A stretch of 64,000 bases of DNA from Clostridiales bacterium (GCA_024684435.1 JAIKWV010000035.1:4343-68342); one strand, 5' to 3'. Positions 23,901 through 33,380 are shown, counted from the first letter of the stretch. The notes: generated from the letters alone by a model not told the origin. Program-made: numbers and translations.

Positions 23901-25598
23901 AACAGTCTGATTAAGTTCGCCTGTGGGGTTCTTCTGGAACAGATCAAGAATGCCCTTAAGATCAAGGTTGAAGAGATTGCCGATGATGTCATCCTTGATT
24001 ATGGACTCAAGGTCATTTCTCGCACTACCGTTTGCCTTGTTGGGCAGCCAGGAAGAATTGAACACCTGGAAGAAGATGCTGTTCAGTCTCGCCCAACCGG
24101 TGCCTGATGATGAAGCAACAAGACCGCCATAATACTTTACACCCCAGTTGACAATAGCGTTGAGTGTTTCATCAAAATCAAACTCATAAATGTTATCTTC
24201 ATAGTCAAGCTCAAGGTCTATTGTCTGAGAAAGGAAGTAGATCGCAAAATCTGCGCCGATCTCAAAGGCTGTGTCAAGATCCGTGAGATCCATATCAGCG
24301 TAAACACTGTACTGAGAAGGAATGTAGTCGCCTGCCAGCTCTCTGAGAGTGTAGTTGGCAACCTCAACAAGAGTGTCCATATCATCAGGGACATTGATGT
24401 AGTCCATAAACGCATTGATGAGTGAACGCGCGACATAAGCGAGGAACTGCTCATCGCCTTCAGCAGTGTCCGGGAAAGTAGCGGGATCTATGACCTCGAT
24501 GTAATCAAGGAAGAAAGCGCCGCCTGTCTCGCCGAATACCTTCTTTGCGGCGTGAACAAGGTTGTCGAACAAACCGTCATTGCCGCGGGTGTAGTCCCAT
24601 GTAAGGCCAAGGCTCGGTTTTGCGAGAGCCATGAAGAAGTCGCCGAGAACGTCATTGAAGTGGTCAAATATCGTCTCGCCGTTGCCCCATGTGTTGAAGT
24701 CGATGGTGGGAACAACGTAATCTGTGTTGATAAGGAGACCGAGTGAGGGGTCGTCCCTTACACAGCGCTTGACCCAGGATCTGACGTTGGTGTCAAGTAA
24801 TTTGTTTACCCTGTCATTGAAGAGAAGGCGGAACGCCTTGTCAAGCAGATCGTAGAAAGTTGAGGTCTCGATATTAACGGCACCTGCAAGCTCGGGGAGG
24901 AAGCCTGTGTATTCGCCGGTATCGGGATCAAGCTCGCCTACAAGGTACTTGTCAATGATGACCTGGACCATCTGATCCATTGTCTCGTTGACTACCTTGG
25001 GAGCTTTCTGATCGTAAGCCAGCTTGTAGACTATGCCCTTGATCATGTTGGGAATGTCAAGGTCAAAGTCAACAAAGCCATCAAGAAGACCAAGGGAAAG
25101 GGCGCCGGGAGCGCCTTTCTTAACAGCAGCCTTTTTGATGATGCCGCTGTTATCTTTGAGGAACTTAACCAATGCTTTGATAACGTCAAGGTCCGTGGAA
25201 GTAGCGCCGGCTCTGCGGGGAGCGCCGTCACCGGCTACCGCGCTGACGTTGAGGTTCTGGATATCGCCCATCATGGAAACAACTGATGAAGCAACACCCC
25301 AGACTCCCTTAATGCTGTCAAAGGCCTTGTCGATAGAGCTGAAGTCCAAAGTGTAATCAATGAGACCTTCATACTTTATCGGGATGATCACGTTTTCTTT
25401 TGCAAGAATCCTGTCAACCTCATCCAAAGCCATTGATGCGTACTGCTCAGTAGTAAGGATAGGCTTGTCAACTGCGTCGTAATTAGTGACAGATCCATCC
25501 TTGTAGCCTGCGTACTTTGCATTAACGCCGACGGAAGTTATTGAAAATACCATAACTGCCGCCAAAAGGAAACTGATGATTCTTTTTGTCTTGCTCAA
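20967..25598 (-). CDS. large secreted protein with unknown N-terminal ~1000 aa, FIVAR-like helical repeats and a C-terminal dockerin-like module
   Basis: 4.6-kb ORF. ORF-track ATG 25613 is itself part of ATGGAGGTG, so TTG 25598, which lies 8 nt after GGAGG, gives MSKTKRIISFLLAAVMVFSITSVGVNA (a signal peptide). Confidence 0.88.
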   Translation of the reverse strand: MSKTKRIISFLLAAVMVFSITSVGVNAKYAGYKDGSVTNYDAVDKPILTTEQYASMALDEVDRILAKENVIIPIKYEGLIDYTLDFSSIDKAFDSIKGVWGVASSVVSMMGDIQNLNVSAVAGDGAPRRAGATSTDLDVIKALVKFLKDNSGIIKKAAVKKGAPGALSLGLLDGFVDFDLDIPNMIKGIVYKLAYDQKAPKVVNETMDQMVQVIIDKYLVGELDPDTGEYTGFLPELAGAVNIETSTFYDLLDKAFRLLFNDRVNKLLDTNVRSWVKRCVRDDPSLGLLINTDYVVPTIDFNTWGNGETIFDHFNDVLGDFFMALAKPSLGLTWDYTRGNDGLFDNLVHAAKKVFGETGGAFFLDYIEVIDPATFPDTAEGDEQFLAYVARSLINAFMDYINVPDDMDTLVEVANYTLRELAGDYIPSQYSVYADMDLTDLDTAFEIGADFAIYFLSQTIDLELDYEDNIYEFDFDETLNAIVNWGVKYYGGLVASSSGTGWARLNSIFFQVFNSSWLPNKANGSARNDLESIIKDDIIGNLFNLDLKGILDLFQKNPTGELNQTVRYILISLFKNIINMVFGSGTAIQYDNFEAMISGNSINDNLPNLVQNIINNLYTRCTGTLLPALLPIVCSALDLSSPQEFAYPYISLGDSIKPTNTRFYIYNESSGINTFATYSDFETHQDQLYKYRIKSITTNQSGLSVKYNNNAVTNININGGESAYFDITGTFTPNSLLIITIKYDILGEYGSAITTSSIEQKLYTYVAGGTSDDDLLDDDDIIVNNDVLLDNKNVHKGSYYKVTYINSYVSEDDKNPTATRNKKIRDLLDVEFSISRRKSPDEETFSEDATITRSNVLLNATLAASGVSAANFTTINTNMNGGKWNIAPYAVSNTATLPADGVYASTFSYLCGATYYKGATETIPFDHYVVIYNNANLPSLVSSAVKANRQASNYDTSSKVYSYEVVNEDGETETMTTTGSQAWADYTDALEAAITKVYAPMRYTSFYTPSYITDYTTLSENLKNATIALEACVKTGSGGTGALKDKVEEVVPTNIDYSVDPEIDPETGEEKYTYYKFYDDEYEFFSMCDYVPHTYLRFRNEKKAAEKLINSKDTVDAVKLSYVSYRFGIYADRLIRVVANNDALLAAVDEYGGLTEQGNYSQTSWDRYTIARDFANTVAAIPLDEDDLGNGWLTEDGYVSGLRQSKVNKARGELILAYKMLVENADYTSLNNAIANAASVLLSNKDKYTTASWTAFENALNAANSLSRNLAKTVDNQNLIERLATALNNAVLGLTLKATYTALTNIIAQAQTYTDSSRYTEDSWAAFTAALMAALNVNPDLAASQQQIINTAVQNLSQAISNLVYLAKAGIEAIVGATDMGTTLNILDVEAVQSFFGDFGMLLDPDSIDFGYIFGFDYYYPTIDGMIEPTGGATIVAVENENGNFGTGARVEVYDGDELVMTYYTVLFGDADCSGGIDDADKTEIVDAVGYSKDWADGSVLPGDNPRYLSCDVNFDGAVDDIDPVVFDDYSFAIEDQSFNYPG
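20990..21212 (-). other. dockerin-like module
   Basis: GDADCSGGIDDADKTEIVD ... CDVNFDGAVDDIDPVVF. Confidence 0.65.
21520..22130 (-). repeat. FIVAR-like helical repeats
   Basis: Recurring YSQTSWDRY, YTTASWTAFENALNAANSL and YTEDSWAAFTAALMAAL. Coordinates approximate. Confidence 0.6.
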
Positions 25599-25906
25599 GA
25601 TTTGCACCTCCATAAAATATTTTTGCTCTTACGAGCTAATGGTAACCAAACTAAGAACAGCATCCGCTAACACGTTTTACTATATATAATAACACTTATA
25701 AGTAAAGCATATTATCGGCGACAAAACAGATCTGCTATCACTCCCTCTTTAATCAGAATGTTTTGTTCTTGCCCAAACACTAAAACGGGTTAGAATAATC
25801 GGACTGTCAAAGTACCGGGCAATCGGGAAACGTATGCCTTCAAAATCAGAAATCGACTTCAAATGGGCATAACATCCCCCATAACACCACTCTTATGGTT
25901 AATAAT

Positions 25907-25936
25907 AATATAACTCAATGCAGGGGCTCCTGTCAA
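25907..25936 (-). promoter_or_regulatory. one candidate promoter for the surface-protein genes
   Basis: Minus strand reads TTGACA-N18-TATATT. It would give a ~300-nt leader. Other AT-rich candidates exist in the 513-bp gap. Confidence 0.3.
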
Positions 25937-26126
25937 TGGTAATTTTGGTCATTGTGAACGGTTTGTAAATAATACACATAATTGCCCCAAAATTTTCAGA
26001 CAATATTTATATTGACTTTTTTAGTAACTGACAAATAGCCTGTAGTTTTCCTGTTTTACCCCTCGGTAAAGTCTATATTCTTTACACGGTCTCTTGATTC
26101 TCGATTAGAAAATTAAAGGCAAAAAA

Positions 26127-29100
26127 TCATTCAAAAATCACCCTGTGACTGTCGTCATCAATGGGAACAAAGTCTGATTTTGCCCCGTCTACAAGCATAT
26201 TTCCGGTTTTGCCGCCATTCAAGTGTATCTTCACATCCGTTTTCCCAAGTTTAATATTGACCTCTGCTTTTCCGAAATTTTCCGGCAATTTCGGTGTGAT
26301 ATACAGCCTGTTTCCCCGCTTTTTGATCCCGAAAAGATGCTCGATGACCGCCCTGTAATACCATGCGGCGGAGCCTGTATAGAGGCTCCAGCCCCCTTTT
26401 CCGGCAATGCCGAGAGCCGCATAAACGTCCCCGGTAAAGGCAAATACTTCACAGCCGTACCTTAAAATATCCCTCGTTTTGCCCTCCGATCCGAGACGAT
26501 TCATGGGGTTCAGCATGTCAAGCAGACGCCATCCTTCGGCTGTCATTCCGTTTTCCAGCACGGCTATGCAAAGCCACACCGCGCCGTGGGTATATTGACC
26601 GCCGTTTTCCCTTATTCCCGGAGGGTACGCGGCTATATATCCCGCTTTTTTGACCTTGTCAAAGGGCGGAGAAAAGAGCTTTATGATGCCGTTTTGCTCA
26701 TCCGCCAGATGCTCCACCGCCGTTTTCAAAGCAAGGCTCCTGCGGCTCATATCCGGCATATCCGCCAATACAGCAAAGGACTGAGTGAGGCTGTCAACGG
26801 CACATTCCGTCGCCCCTCTGCACCCCATAGGCTCGCCGTCATCATAAAACGCCCTGAGATAGCGGTCCCCGTCCCATGCGTTTTCATCCACAGCCGCCAT
26901 CAAAGCCCTGCTCCGCGCCTTCAATTTCTCTGAATTTTCCCCGTCTCCCCTGATTTCGCAGACCGCGGCAAAGTTCTTGAACACAAGGCTCATGAACTGA
27001 GCCAGCCAAACGCTTTCTCCCCTGCCTTTGATGCCAACCTCATTAAACCCGTCATTCCAGTCCCCGCCCATTATCAGGGGCAAATCATGCTCTCCCAGGC
27101 GGTATGAACGCTCTATAGCCCTCATGCAGTGATCGTATACGGTGCCGATAGTATCGGATTTTTCCGGAGAAAAATAGCGCTCTGTCTCATTTTCATGCAA
27201 TTCGTCGGCTTTGATGTAGGAAATCTCTTCATTGAGCAAAGAAATGTCCCCCGTTGCCGACACGTACTCAGCGGTAACGTAGGGCAGCCACAGCATATCG
27301 TCACTGCATCTTGTTCTGACGCCGCTCACACCCCTGTTCTCGGTGGAAAAATCATGCCACCAGTGGAGCACGTCCCCCTCCTCAAACTGTACGGCGGCAC
27401 AGCGGCATATGTGCCTGCGCACAAGCTCCGGTCGGAGCATTATCATTGAGGAAACGTCCTGAAGCTGATCCCTGAACCCCCAGGCTCCTCCGCACTGACA
27501 GAATCCTGTCCTGCCGTAAAATCTTGCGTTCAGAATTTGCACATTAATCCATTTGTTTATCATTGCGTCAAGATATTTATGCTCCGTCTTTATTGTAATT
27601 GAATTGACGGTTTCAGAGCTGTTGACATTCTGATATTTTAAATTTTCAGCCGCAGTCTCCGAAGGCTCCCAGGCAAGCACAAAGTGGTGATCCATTCTTG
27701 AACCAGAGGCAATTTTATAGGTTTTGCCCACCGCCGCACAGGTGTTTTCAAACACTTCATTTTTACCGTTTTGTCCCCAGAAGTCAAATTTTGATAACCA
27801 CAAATTGTCCGCTGTATTATCTGCTGTCAGCTTAAACGTTCCGCTGTATTTGCTCAGGGGTGAGCTGACAGCAACACCGTTCTCCATAATACGATATTTA
27901 TGCAAACCCGAATTCCTGCTGTCCTGACCCAATACAGGCTCGGCGTAATATATCAGATTTACGGTCTTTTCACAGACAGCGTTATTGTATAACGATATAC
28001 TTATATCCTTTTCTGTACCCGTTTTCGGAACTCTTACTTCAACTTCAAAATCTATATCCCCGGCGGAGCCTGTCCAACGTACATTGTCTGTGGAAAAGAT
28101 GGCGGCAGATCCGGAGATCATATTGTACCGCCTGCCTTCAAGCTCCAGAAACAACTGTTCCCCGATATTGTCTGAGATCTGGTCATTTGACCATGGAGTC
28201 AGCTTGTTCTGCTGTGCGTTCATCGCCCATGTAAAGCCAAACGACTTGTCACTTATAAGCGTACCAAAATACTCGTTTGCCAGTACAGTACACCATGGTT
28301 TTACAGGATTTATATTATTGTGGTCAACAATTATATTTTCATCTGTAAAGATATTTTTCTTTACATTATTGCTCGATTTATATATTTTCTTTGGTGAATA
28401 CAAAACAGGGGCTTCTTCAAGCGTGCCGTATTCTTTCCCGTCATCAAAAAAGGAGGAAAACGCGATTACGGCATTTTTATATTCTTCATCCATTCCGAAG
28501 AAATTTATGATATGGATACCCGCATCCCTGCCGATAAGCTGCTCGCACCCCTGATTCTTTACAGCATTTCTAAGCCCGGAAAGTATGGGCGTATTGTAAT
28601 CTCCCCCCTCTTCAAACATCAATATCAGATCCACCGGTATTCCCGTTCTGTTCAATCCGCGCACTGCTTTTGCGTAAGGAATACACCTTGAAATGTCGTT
28701 TTCGCTGTTGATTTTTACGGCAATAATTGGATGGTCTCCCGATATTTTCATGCTCCAAAGCGCGTCGATACCGACGTTATTTGCCGCTGTCGCCGCCTTC
28801 TGAACCGCTGTACGGCTGTGATCGTACAGTATTTCAGGCAGTATCTGATCGGCAACGGCGCCCTCCATTCCCCCCGTTCTGAACACCTCAAGTCCGCCGT
28901 ACTTTTCTGGTATTCCACCTGTTCTCCGCAGAGCTATCAGGTTGTTCTTTGCCTCCTCCGCAGTGGATGCCGCGCAAAGATACAGGTTCTCCTCAAAACT
29001 TCCTTTTCCCTTTAGTTTTACAGGCAGAGCGAGAGCACAGCAGGAGTCGGGATTCCCCCTTAAAGGTCTGAAATCGGACTTTATTCTGACCCCGCCGTTT

Positions 29101-32100
29101 TCGGTGCAAAAGCTCAATGCTTCCTCTCTTGAGCAAGTGTGCATAAATTTCACATTTTTGTCAAATCCTACCGCCAAAGCAAGATGCTTTTCTTTGCTTC
29201 TGTTTCTCTTATCAAATGTTATGATAAGATTGTCCTCATCAAATGAGTCCGTAACAAACAGCTTATGGAACGCCGGATGCCCGCAAAAATCCCTGTGCGG
29301 TGTAAGCGTTGGCTCAAAATAGATCACCAGCTTCAGCTCCGTTTCCCCTGAACTCAGGTTTTTTATCCTGAATTTTCTCTGTTCACAGGGCAGTTTGGAA
29401 TGAACGGAGCTGGTCATAGAGGCGAATATCTTGTCCGACCTGACAGAATGGACTGTTCTGTTTTTGTAAAACGTCGCCTTTTGCCTCGCCTGAGTCTGAT
29501 AATCGGCGGCATTGGTCAGGGGTATCCTCTCCCCTTCTTTTGTTTCGATAAACGCCATTATCCCCTGAGGACTGCGGAGAATGTCCTCGCTGTGCCTTAA
29601 TATGCTCACGTTCCCATAAACAGACATGCTTGTTCCCACGTCAGATATTGCAAGGGTCCATTCGCCGTTGGTTAGCAACTTTATATGGGACGCCGACGGA
29701 GTTATATTTTCAAAGGTCTTTACCTGATTTTCCGTTCTTTCTCTGGGCTGTGGAATATCTTTTTTACGGATATTTTTGAAGATCGGCATACCGGACTGTA
29801 TTTTTTCCCTGAGCAAGCATTGTGCGCCCTGCATTTTGTCGTCGGACATAAAACGTTTTTGCAGGATACCGTCCTTCAGAACGTTCAGAGTACTCAGCAT
29901 ACTCATGGCAACGTGGTGAACCATATAGCTGCGCACAACGGCAAAATCCTGCCCGCCTGTCCTGTCACGGGTAAAATCCACGGCCTCATAGAATCCGCAT
30001 CTGCCGCTCATACCGAGATTTTCAAGATACTTAAGATTTTTCAACGCGTCTCCGGGGATCATCATCATGGCGAGAAACACGGAATACGGCGAGATCACCA
30101 ACTCGCTGTTGAGGCCCTGCTTAAGTCCCAGCTTCTGCACTCCGTGAGCTTTATATTGATAATTAAGCTGTCTGTCAAAGGAATAAAAGCCGCTTTCGGA
30201 TATGCCCCAGGGTATTCTTTTGCCGTTTATCCTGACGTTCTGTACTCTTCTTCTTTGGCATCTCAGACAAAACCGCAGCGCCTCATAGCCGAGAGTACCT
30301 GCCGGAGCCGGCAGAAACAGGTATGGCATAAAATATTCGAACATTGTGCCGGTCCAGGACACAGATCCCGTGTACCTTCCGTCCTTTGACAATGTTCTGC
30401 CCAGCATTCCCCAGTGTTTTTTCTCCGCCATGCCCCGGGCAACGGCAAAATAGCTGGTCATGCGGGCTTCGCTCATAAACAGATCATAATAGGAGAGAGA
30501 AAGCTTGCCGGTCGACACGTCAAAACCTATGTGGAACAGCTTGCGCCTTTTGTTGTACATTGGCAGAATATCGCAGTTTTCCATCAGTTTGTCGATCCTT
30601 GCTGTCAGATCCTTTATCTCAGCAACGTTTGACTTGATTTCTTTAAGCCCCTGTTTAAGTGTGGTAAGACAGCACAGGAAATTTCCGCTGTCCACGGTGG
30701 AGACATACCTTGGTTCAAGGGGTTTCAATGTCTCTGTATTGTACCAGTTAAACAAATTTCCATTCCATTTTTCAAGGCTCTCAACAACGCTTATTGTCTT
30801 GTCAAGCCTTGACAGCATCTCTTCGCTGCCGATAAAGCCGAAATCATGGGCGGCAAAAATGCACAGCAGCGTAAGTCCGATATTTGTGGGGGAAGTCCTG
30901 CGAGCCACACGGAACACCGGGGTCTCCTGTACATTATCCGGCGGCAGCCAGTTGTTTTCCTCGGTGCAATTATCAGTAAAATATCTCCACATTGCCGCTG
31001 CGTAAGATGTCAGCTTTTCCGTCATAAAATAGTCAGGTCTGCGTCTTTTAAGCTTGTTTTCTCTATCTGAAAACAGAGCAAAGGGAAGATCGAGAAGAAA
31101 TAAAATCCCCAACAGTTTATGAAACCCGCCGCCGAAAGTCATAAGAAAAACTGTGAAGATAACATTGGGCAGGCATGCGATAACATTTTTCATAATGCCT
31201 TTTGAGTTGTCGCTCTGCGCCGCAGTAGTCCATTCAAGCAGTTTTCTTTTGCTTACAAGGCTTCTCCACATCGCTCTTATAATTGCGCTGAGTGACACAT
31301 ACGCGCTGACGGGAAGCATTACGATAAGCAATATGCCCCTTATCGCCGAGTCCAGGGCTTCCGGCAGTGCGCCGGAATAATAGGTGCGGATTATCATATC
31401 CCCTCCGCCGTTGATCACCGAGCGGATAAAAGACAATATATTCCCCCCTGCCGCACTCATAACGCAAATCAAAGCGATCACGGCGGACGCGGGATAAGGA
31501 ACCGCCGCGGATATCAGTATTCCCAACATCGCGGCAAAAGGGGTCAGAGTTCGTCTCAGGTTGTCAAACAGCTTGTATCTTGACAATCCGTTCAAAGGAT
31601 TGCGGGAAAAGATAAAGCCGAAGTTTTGCCAGTCTCCCCTTGTCCAACGTTCCAGACGTGAAAAATACCCGGTCTGTCGCTTTGGAAAGCCGTCTGTGAC
31701 CTGTACATCTGACACAAAGGCGGTTCGAAGATATCCTCCCTCAAGGATATCGTGGCTCAGTATCTTTTCCTCCGGCAAAGCATCCTTCATCACGAAATAA
31801 AACGCGTCAACATCGATCAAACCCTTGCCGGCAAAAATTCCCTCCCTGAACAGATCCTGATACCTTTCCGATGCAAGGTTATCGTACAGCGTAACGCCGC
31901 CGTTTCCCGCCATGTATCTTGTAAACGCCGATACCTTGTCGCTGTACAGTTCCACCGCCGCGTTGGGCGCAAATATGCCGTAGCCCTCATTTACCCTTCC
32001 CTTACGGATCACCGGGCGGTTGGCTGGATGTATTGCCGCTGACACAAGGGGTCTGACCGTATCTATGGGCAAATCAGTGTCGCTGTCCAAAGCGAGAATA

Positions 32101-33380
32101 TATTTGACGTCGCCTATATCCGAGATATCCCCGAAAAACTCCTTGAATGTGTTTTTTTCGCCCTTTATAACAGAGATCAGCTGAGTTATGGCTCCTCGTT
32201 TCCGTTCTCTGCCGGTGAATACTCCCTGTGTCTCCGAAAACGTTCTGCCGCGTATCGCAAGAATAAAGCCGCCGTTGAACCTTTTGTTCAGCTCTTCTAT
32301 GACGCGTTTTGCTCCGTCAATGTCACCCTTATCCTCCGCTTTCTCCGGGGTCTCAGCCTCCTTCAAATCAGCAAGCAGACATATTTTGACGTTTTTATCT
32401 CCGTTGGACAGCCAAAGCTGTGCAAGATGTTCCTTCAATTCTTTAGTTTTGTCGCAGTGAGGCAGCAGCGTTGACACCGTTATCAGGGTCTTTGCGTATT
32501 CCGGCACGCCGTTTTTTAATTCAAGTCTCGGTATTACGGAGGGAGCGACTCCCCGCATAAATATCATATCGACAGGATATCTCAAGACCTCCCACAAGGG
32601 CAGAAATAAAACAAACGCCACCCATATGTTTTTCATAAGCACCGCCGAAAACACAGACAGCAATACAGGCAGAACAGCTTCGGTTATCAGCAGCAAAACT
32701 CCCCTTGTATGCTTTTGCTCCGAAAGAAGTACATTGAATATATCTGTCCCTCTTTTTGCGGCAAGTTCCTTGATGCGCACAAGCTCGTCTTTTATCTCTG
32801 ATCTTCTTTTTGCCGTGCTTTTCTTGAGCAGTCTTTTATATTCATTTCTTCCTGCTTCGTCTGTGTTCCCGTACACCCCGGCGGTCGCCGAATCAAGCAT
32901 TTTTTCCAATGGGCTCAGGTTTGTCAGTATCTCCGCGAAATCAATATCCGGCATGGCTTGTATTTGCCTTATCGCGAATTCAATATATTCGGCTCCATCT
33001 TCTCTCCCTCGCTGACAACCTTTAAAGACCAATGAGATCAAAGCGCAGTTGAGCATGACCGGCAAACAGGACAGCTCTGTATCAGTCAGATTTTTATCCT
33101 GAAAATACTCCTCTATATCCTTTTCTCTGAGCAATTTTCTTTCACGGCACATTTCAAGACAAAGCATAAAAACCAAGGGCAGACCGTCGGCGTTCTTTTT
33201 TAGACTGTCAAGACCCTTCAGATCTTTTACCGCCCTGTCGCCAACCATTGATATGAGGTAATAATTGTCGATAATCCATTCACCGAATTTGGAGACTGTA
33301 TCTGACCTGAGCGCGTTTTTATAAGTTCGTTTGATGACTTTCATTTCCCGCTTTATCTGCATTTTCAGGCTTTTTTTCAC
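26127..33380 (-). CDS. cyclic beta-1,2-glucan synthase-like multidomain membrane protein (GT84-like transferase region plus GH94-like C-terminal domain)
   Basis: 7.25-kb ORF. Several TM segments. LALDSDTDLP, SHDILEG and RWTRGDWQ lie in the N-terminal third. A GH94-type PLIMGGDWNDGFN lies near the C-terminus. Start set at GTG 33380, 8 nt after GGAGG; the ORF track gives GTG 33410. Confidence 0.8.
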   Translation of the reverse strand: MKKSLKMQIKREMKVIKRTYKNALRSDTVSKFGEWIIDNYYLISMVGDRAVKDLKGLDSLKKNADGLPLVFMLCLEMCRERKLLREKDIEEYFQDKNLTDTELSCLPVMLNCALISLVFKGCQRGREDGAEYIEFAIRQIQAMPDIDFAEILTNLSPLEKMLDSATAGVYGNTDEAGRNEYKRLLKKSTAKRRSEIKDELVRIKELAAKRGTDIFNVLLSEQKHTRGVLLLITEAVLPVLLSVFSAVLMKNIWVAFVLFLPLWEVLRYPVDMIFMRGVAPSVIPRLELKNGVPEYAKTLITVSTLLPHCDKTKELKEHLAQLWLSNGDKNVKICLLADLKEAETPEKAEDKGDIDGAKRVIEELNKRFNGGFILAIRGRTFSETQGVFTGRERKRGAITQLISVIKGEKNTFKEFFGDISDIGDVKYILALDSDTDLPIDTVRPLVSAAIHPANRPVIRKGRVNEGYGIFAPNAAVELYSDKVSAFTRYMAGNGGVTLYDNLASERYQDLFREGIFAGKGLIDVDAFYFVMKDALPEEKILSHDILEGGYLRTAFVSDVQVTDGFPKRQTGYFSRLERWTRGDWQNFGFIFSRNPLNGLSRYKLFDNLRRTLTPFAAMLGILISAAVPYPASAVIALICVMSAAGGNILSFIRSVINGGGDMIIRTYYSGALPEALDSAIRGILLIVMLPVSAYVSLSAIIRAMWRSLVSKRKLLEWTTAAQSDNSKGIMKNVIACLPNVIFTVFLMTFGGGFHKLLGILFLLDLPFALFSDRENKLKRRRPDYFMTEKLTSYAAAMWRYFTDNCTEENNWLPPDNVQETPVFRVARRTSPTNIGLTLLCIFAAHDFGFIGSEEMLSRLDKTISVVESLEKWNGNLFNWYNTETLKPLEPRYVSTVDSGNFLCCLTTLKQGLKEIKSNVAEIKDLTARIDKLMENCDILPMYNKRRKLFHIGFDVSTGKLSLSYYDLFMSEARMTSYFAVARGMAEKKHWGMLGRTLSKDGRYTGSVSWTGTMFEYFMPYLFLPAPAGTLGYEALRFCLRCQRRRVQNVRINGKRIPWGISESGFYSFDRQLNYQYKAHGVQKLGLKQGLNSELVISPYSVFLAMMMIPGDALKNLKYLENLGMSGRCGFYEAVDFTRDRTGGQDFAVVRSYMVHHVAMSMLSTLNVLKDGILQKRFMSDDKMQGAQCLLREKIQSGMPIFKNIRKKDIPQPRERTENQVKTFENITPSASHIKLLTNGEWTLAISDVGTSMSVYGNVSILRHSEDILRSPQGIMAFIETKEGERIPLTNAADYQTQARQKATFYKNRTVHSVRSDKIFASMTSSVHSKLPCEQRKFRIKNLSSGETELKLVIYFEPTLTPHRDFCGHPAFHKLFVTDSFDEDNLIITFDKRNRSKEKHLALAVGFDKNVKFMHTCSREEALSFCTENGGVRIKSDFRPLRGNPDSCCALALPVKLKGKGSFEENLYLCAASTAEEAKNNLIALRRTGGIPEKYGGLEVFRTGGMEGAVADQILPEILYDHSRTAVQKAATAANNVGIDALWSMKISGDHPIIAVKINSENDISRCIPYAKAVRGLNRTGIPVDLILMFEEGGDYNTPILSGLRNAVKNQGCEQLIGRDAGIHIINFFGMDEEYKNAVIAFSSFFDDGKEYGTLEEAPVLYSPKKIYKSSNNVKKNIFTDENIIVDHNNINPVKPWCTVLANEYFGTLISDKSFGFTWAMNAQQNKLTPWSNDQISDNIGEQLFLELEGRRYNMISGSAAIFSTDNVRWTGSAGDIDFEVEVRVPKTGTEKDISISLYNNAVCEKTVNLIYYAEPVLGQDSRNSGLHKYRIMENGVAVSSPLSKYSGTFKLTADNTADNLWLSKFDFWGQNGKNEVFENTCAAVGKTYKIASGSRMDHHFVLAWEPSETAAENLKYQNVNSSETVNSITIKTEHKYLDAMINKWINVQILNARFYGRTGFCQCGGAWGFRDQLQDVSSMIMLRPELVRRHICRCAAVQFEEGDVLHWWHDFSTENRGVSGVRTRCSDDMLWLPYVTAEYVSATGDISLLNEEISYIKADELHENETERYFSPEKSDTIGTVYDHCMRAIERSYRLGEHDLPLIMGGDWNDGFNEVGIKGRGESVWLAQFMSLVFKNFAAVCEIRGDGENSEKLKARSRALMAAVDENAWDGDRYLRAFYDDGEPMGCRGATECAVDSLTQSFAVLADMPDMSRRSLALKTAVEHLADEQNGIIKLFSPPFDKVKKAGYIAAYPPGIRENGGQYTHGAVWLCIAVLENGMTAEGWRLLDMLNPMNRLGSEGKTRDILRYGCEVFAFTGDVYAALGIAGKGGWSLYTGSAAWYYRAVIEHLFGIKKRGNRLYITPKLPENFGKAEVNIKLGKTDVKIHLNGGKTGNMLVDGAKSDFVPIDDDSHRVIFE

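Noticed and set aside
8858-25356. Dozens of 60-150-aa ORFs on both strands inside the three giant genes
   Set aside because: They are shadow frames of long repetitive coding sequence. The single long frames with signal peptides explain the region.
25614-26126. c-di-GMP (GEMM-I/II) or other known riboswitch in the long leader
   Set aside because: The minus-strand leader was read for the conserved GEMM segments and none is present. No other riboswitch core was recognised by eye. A covariance-model search is still needed.
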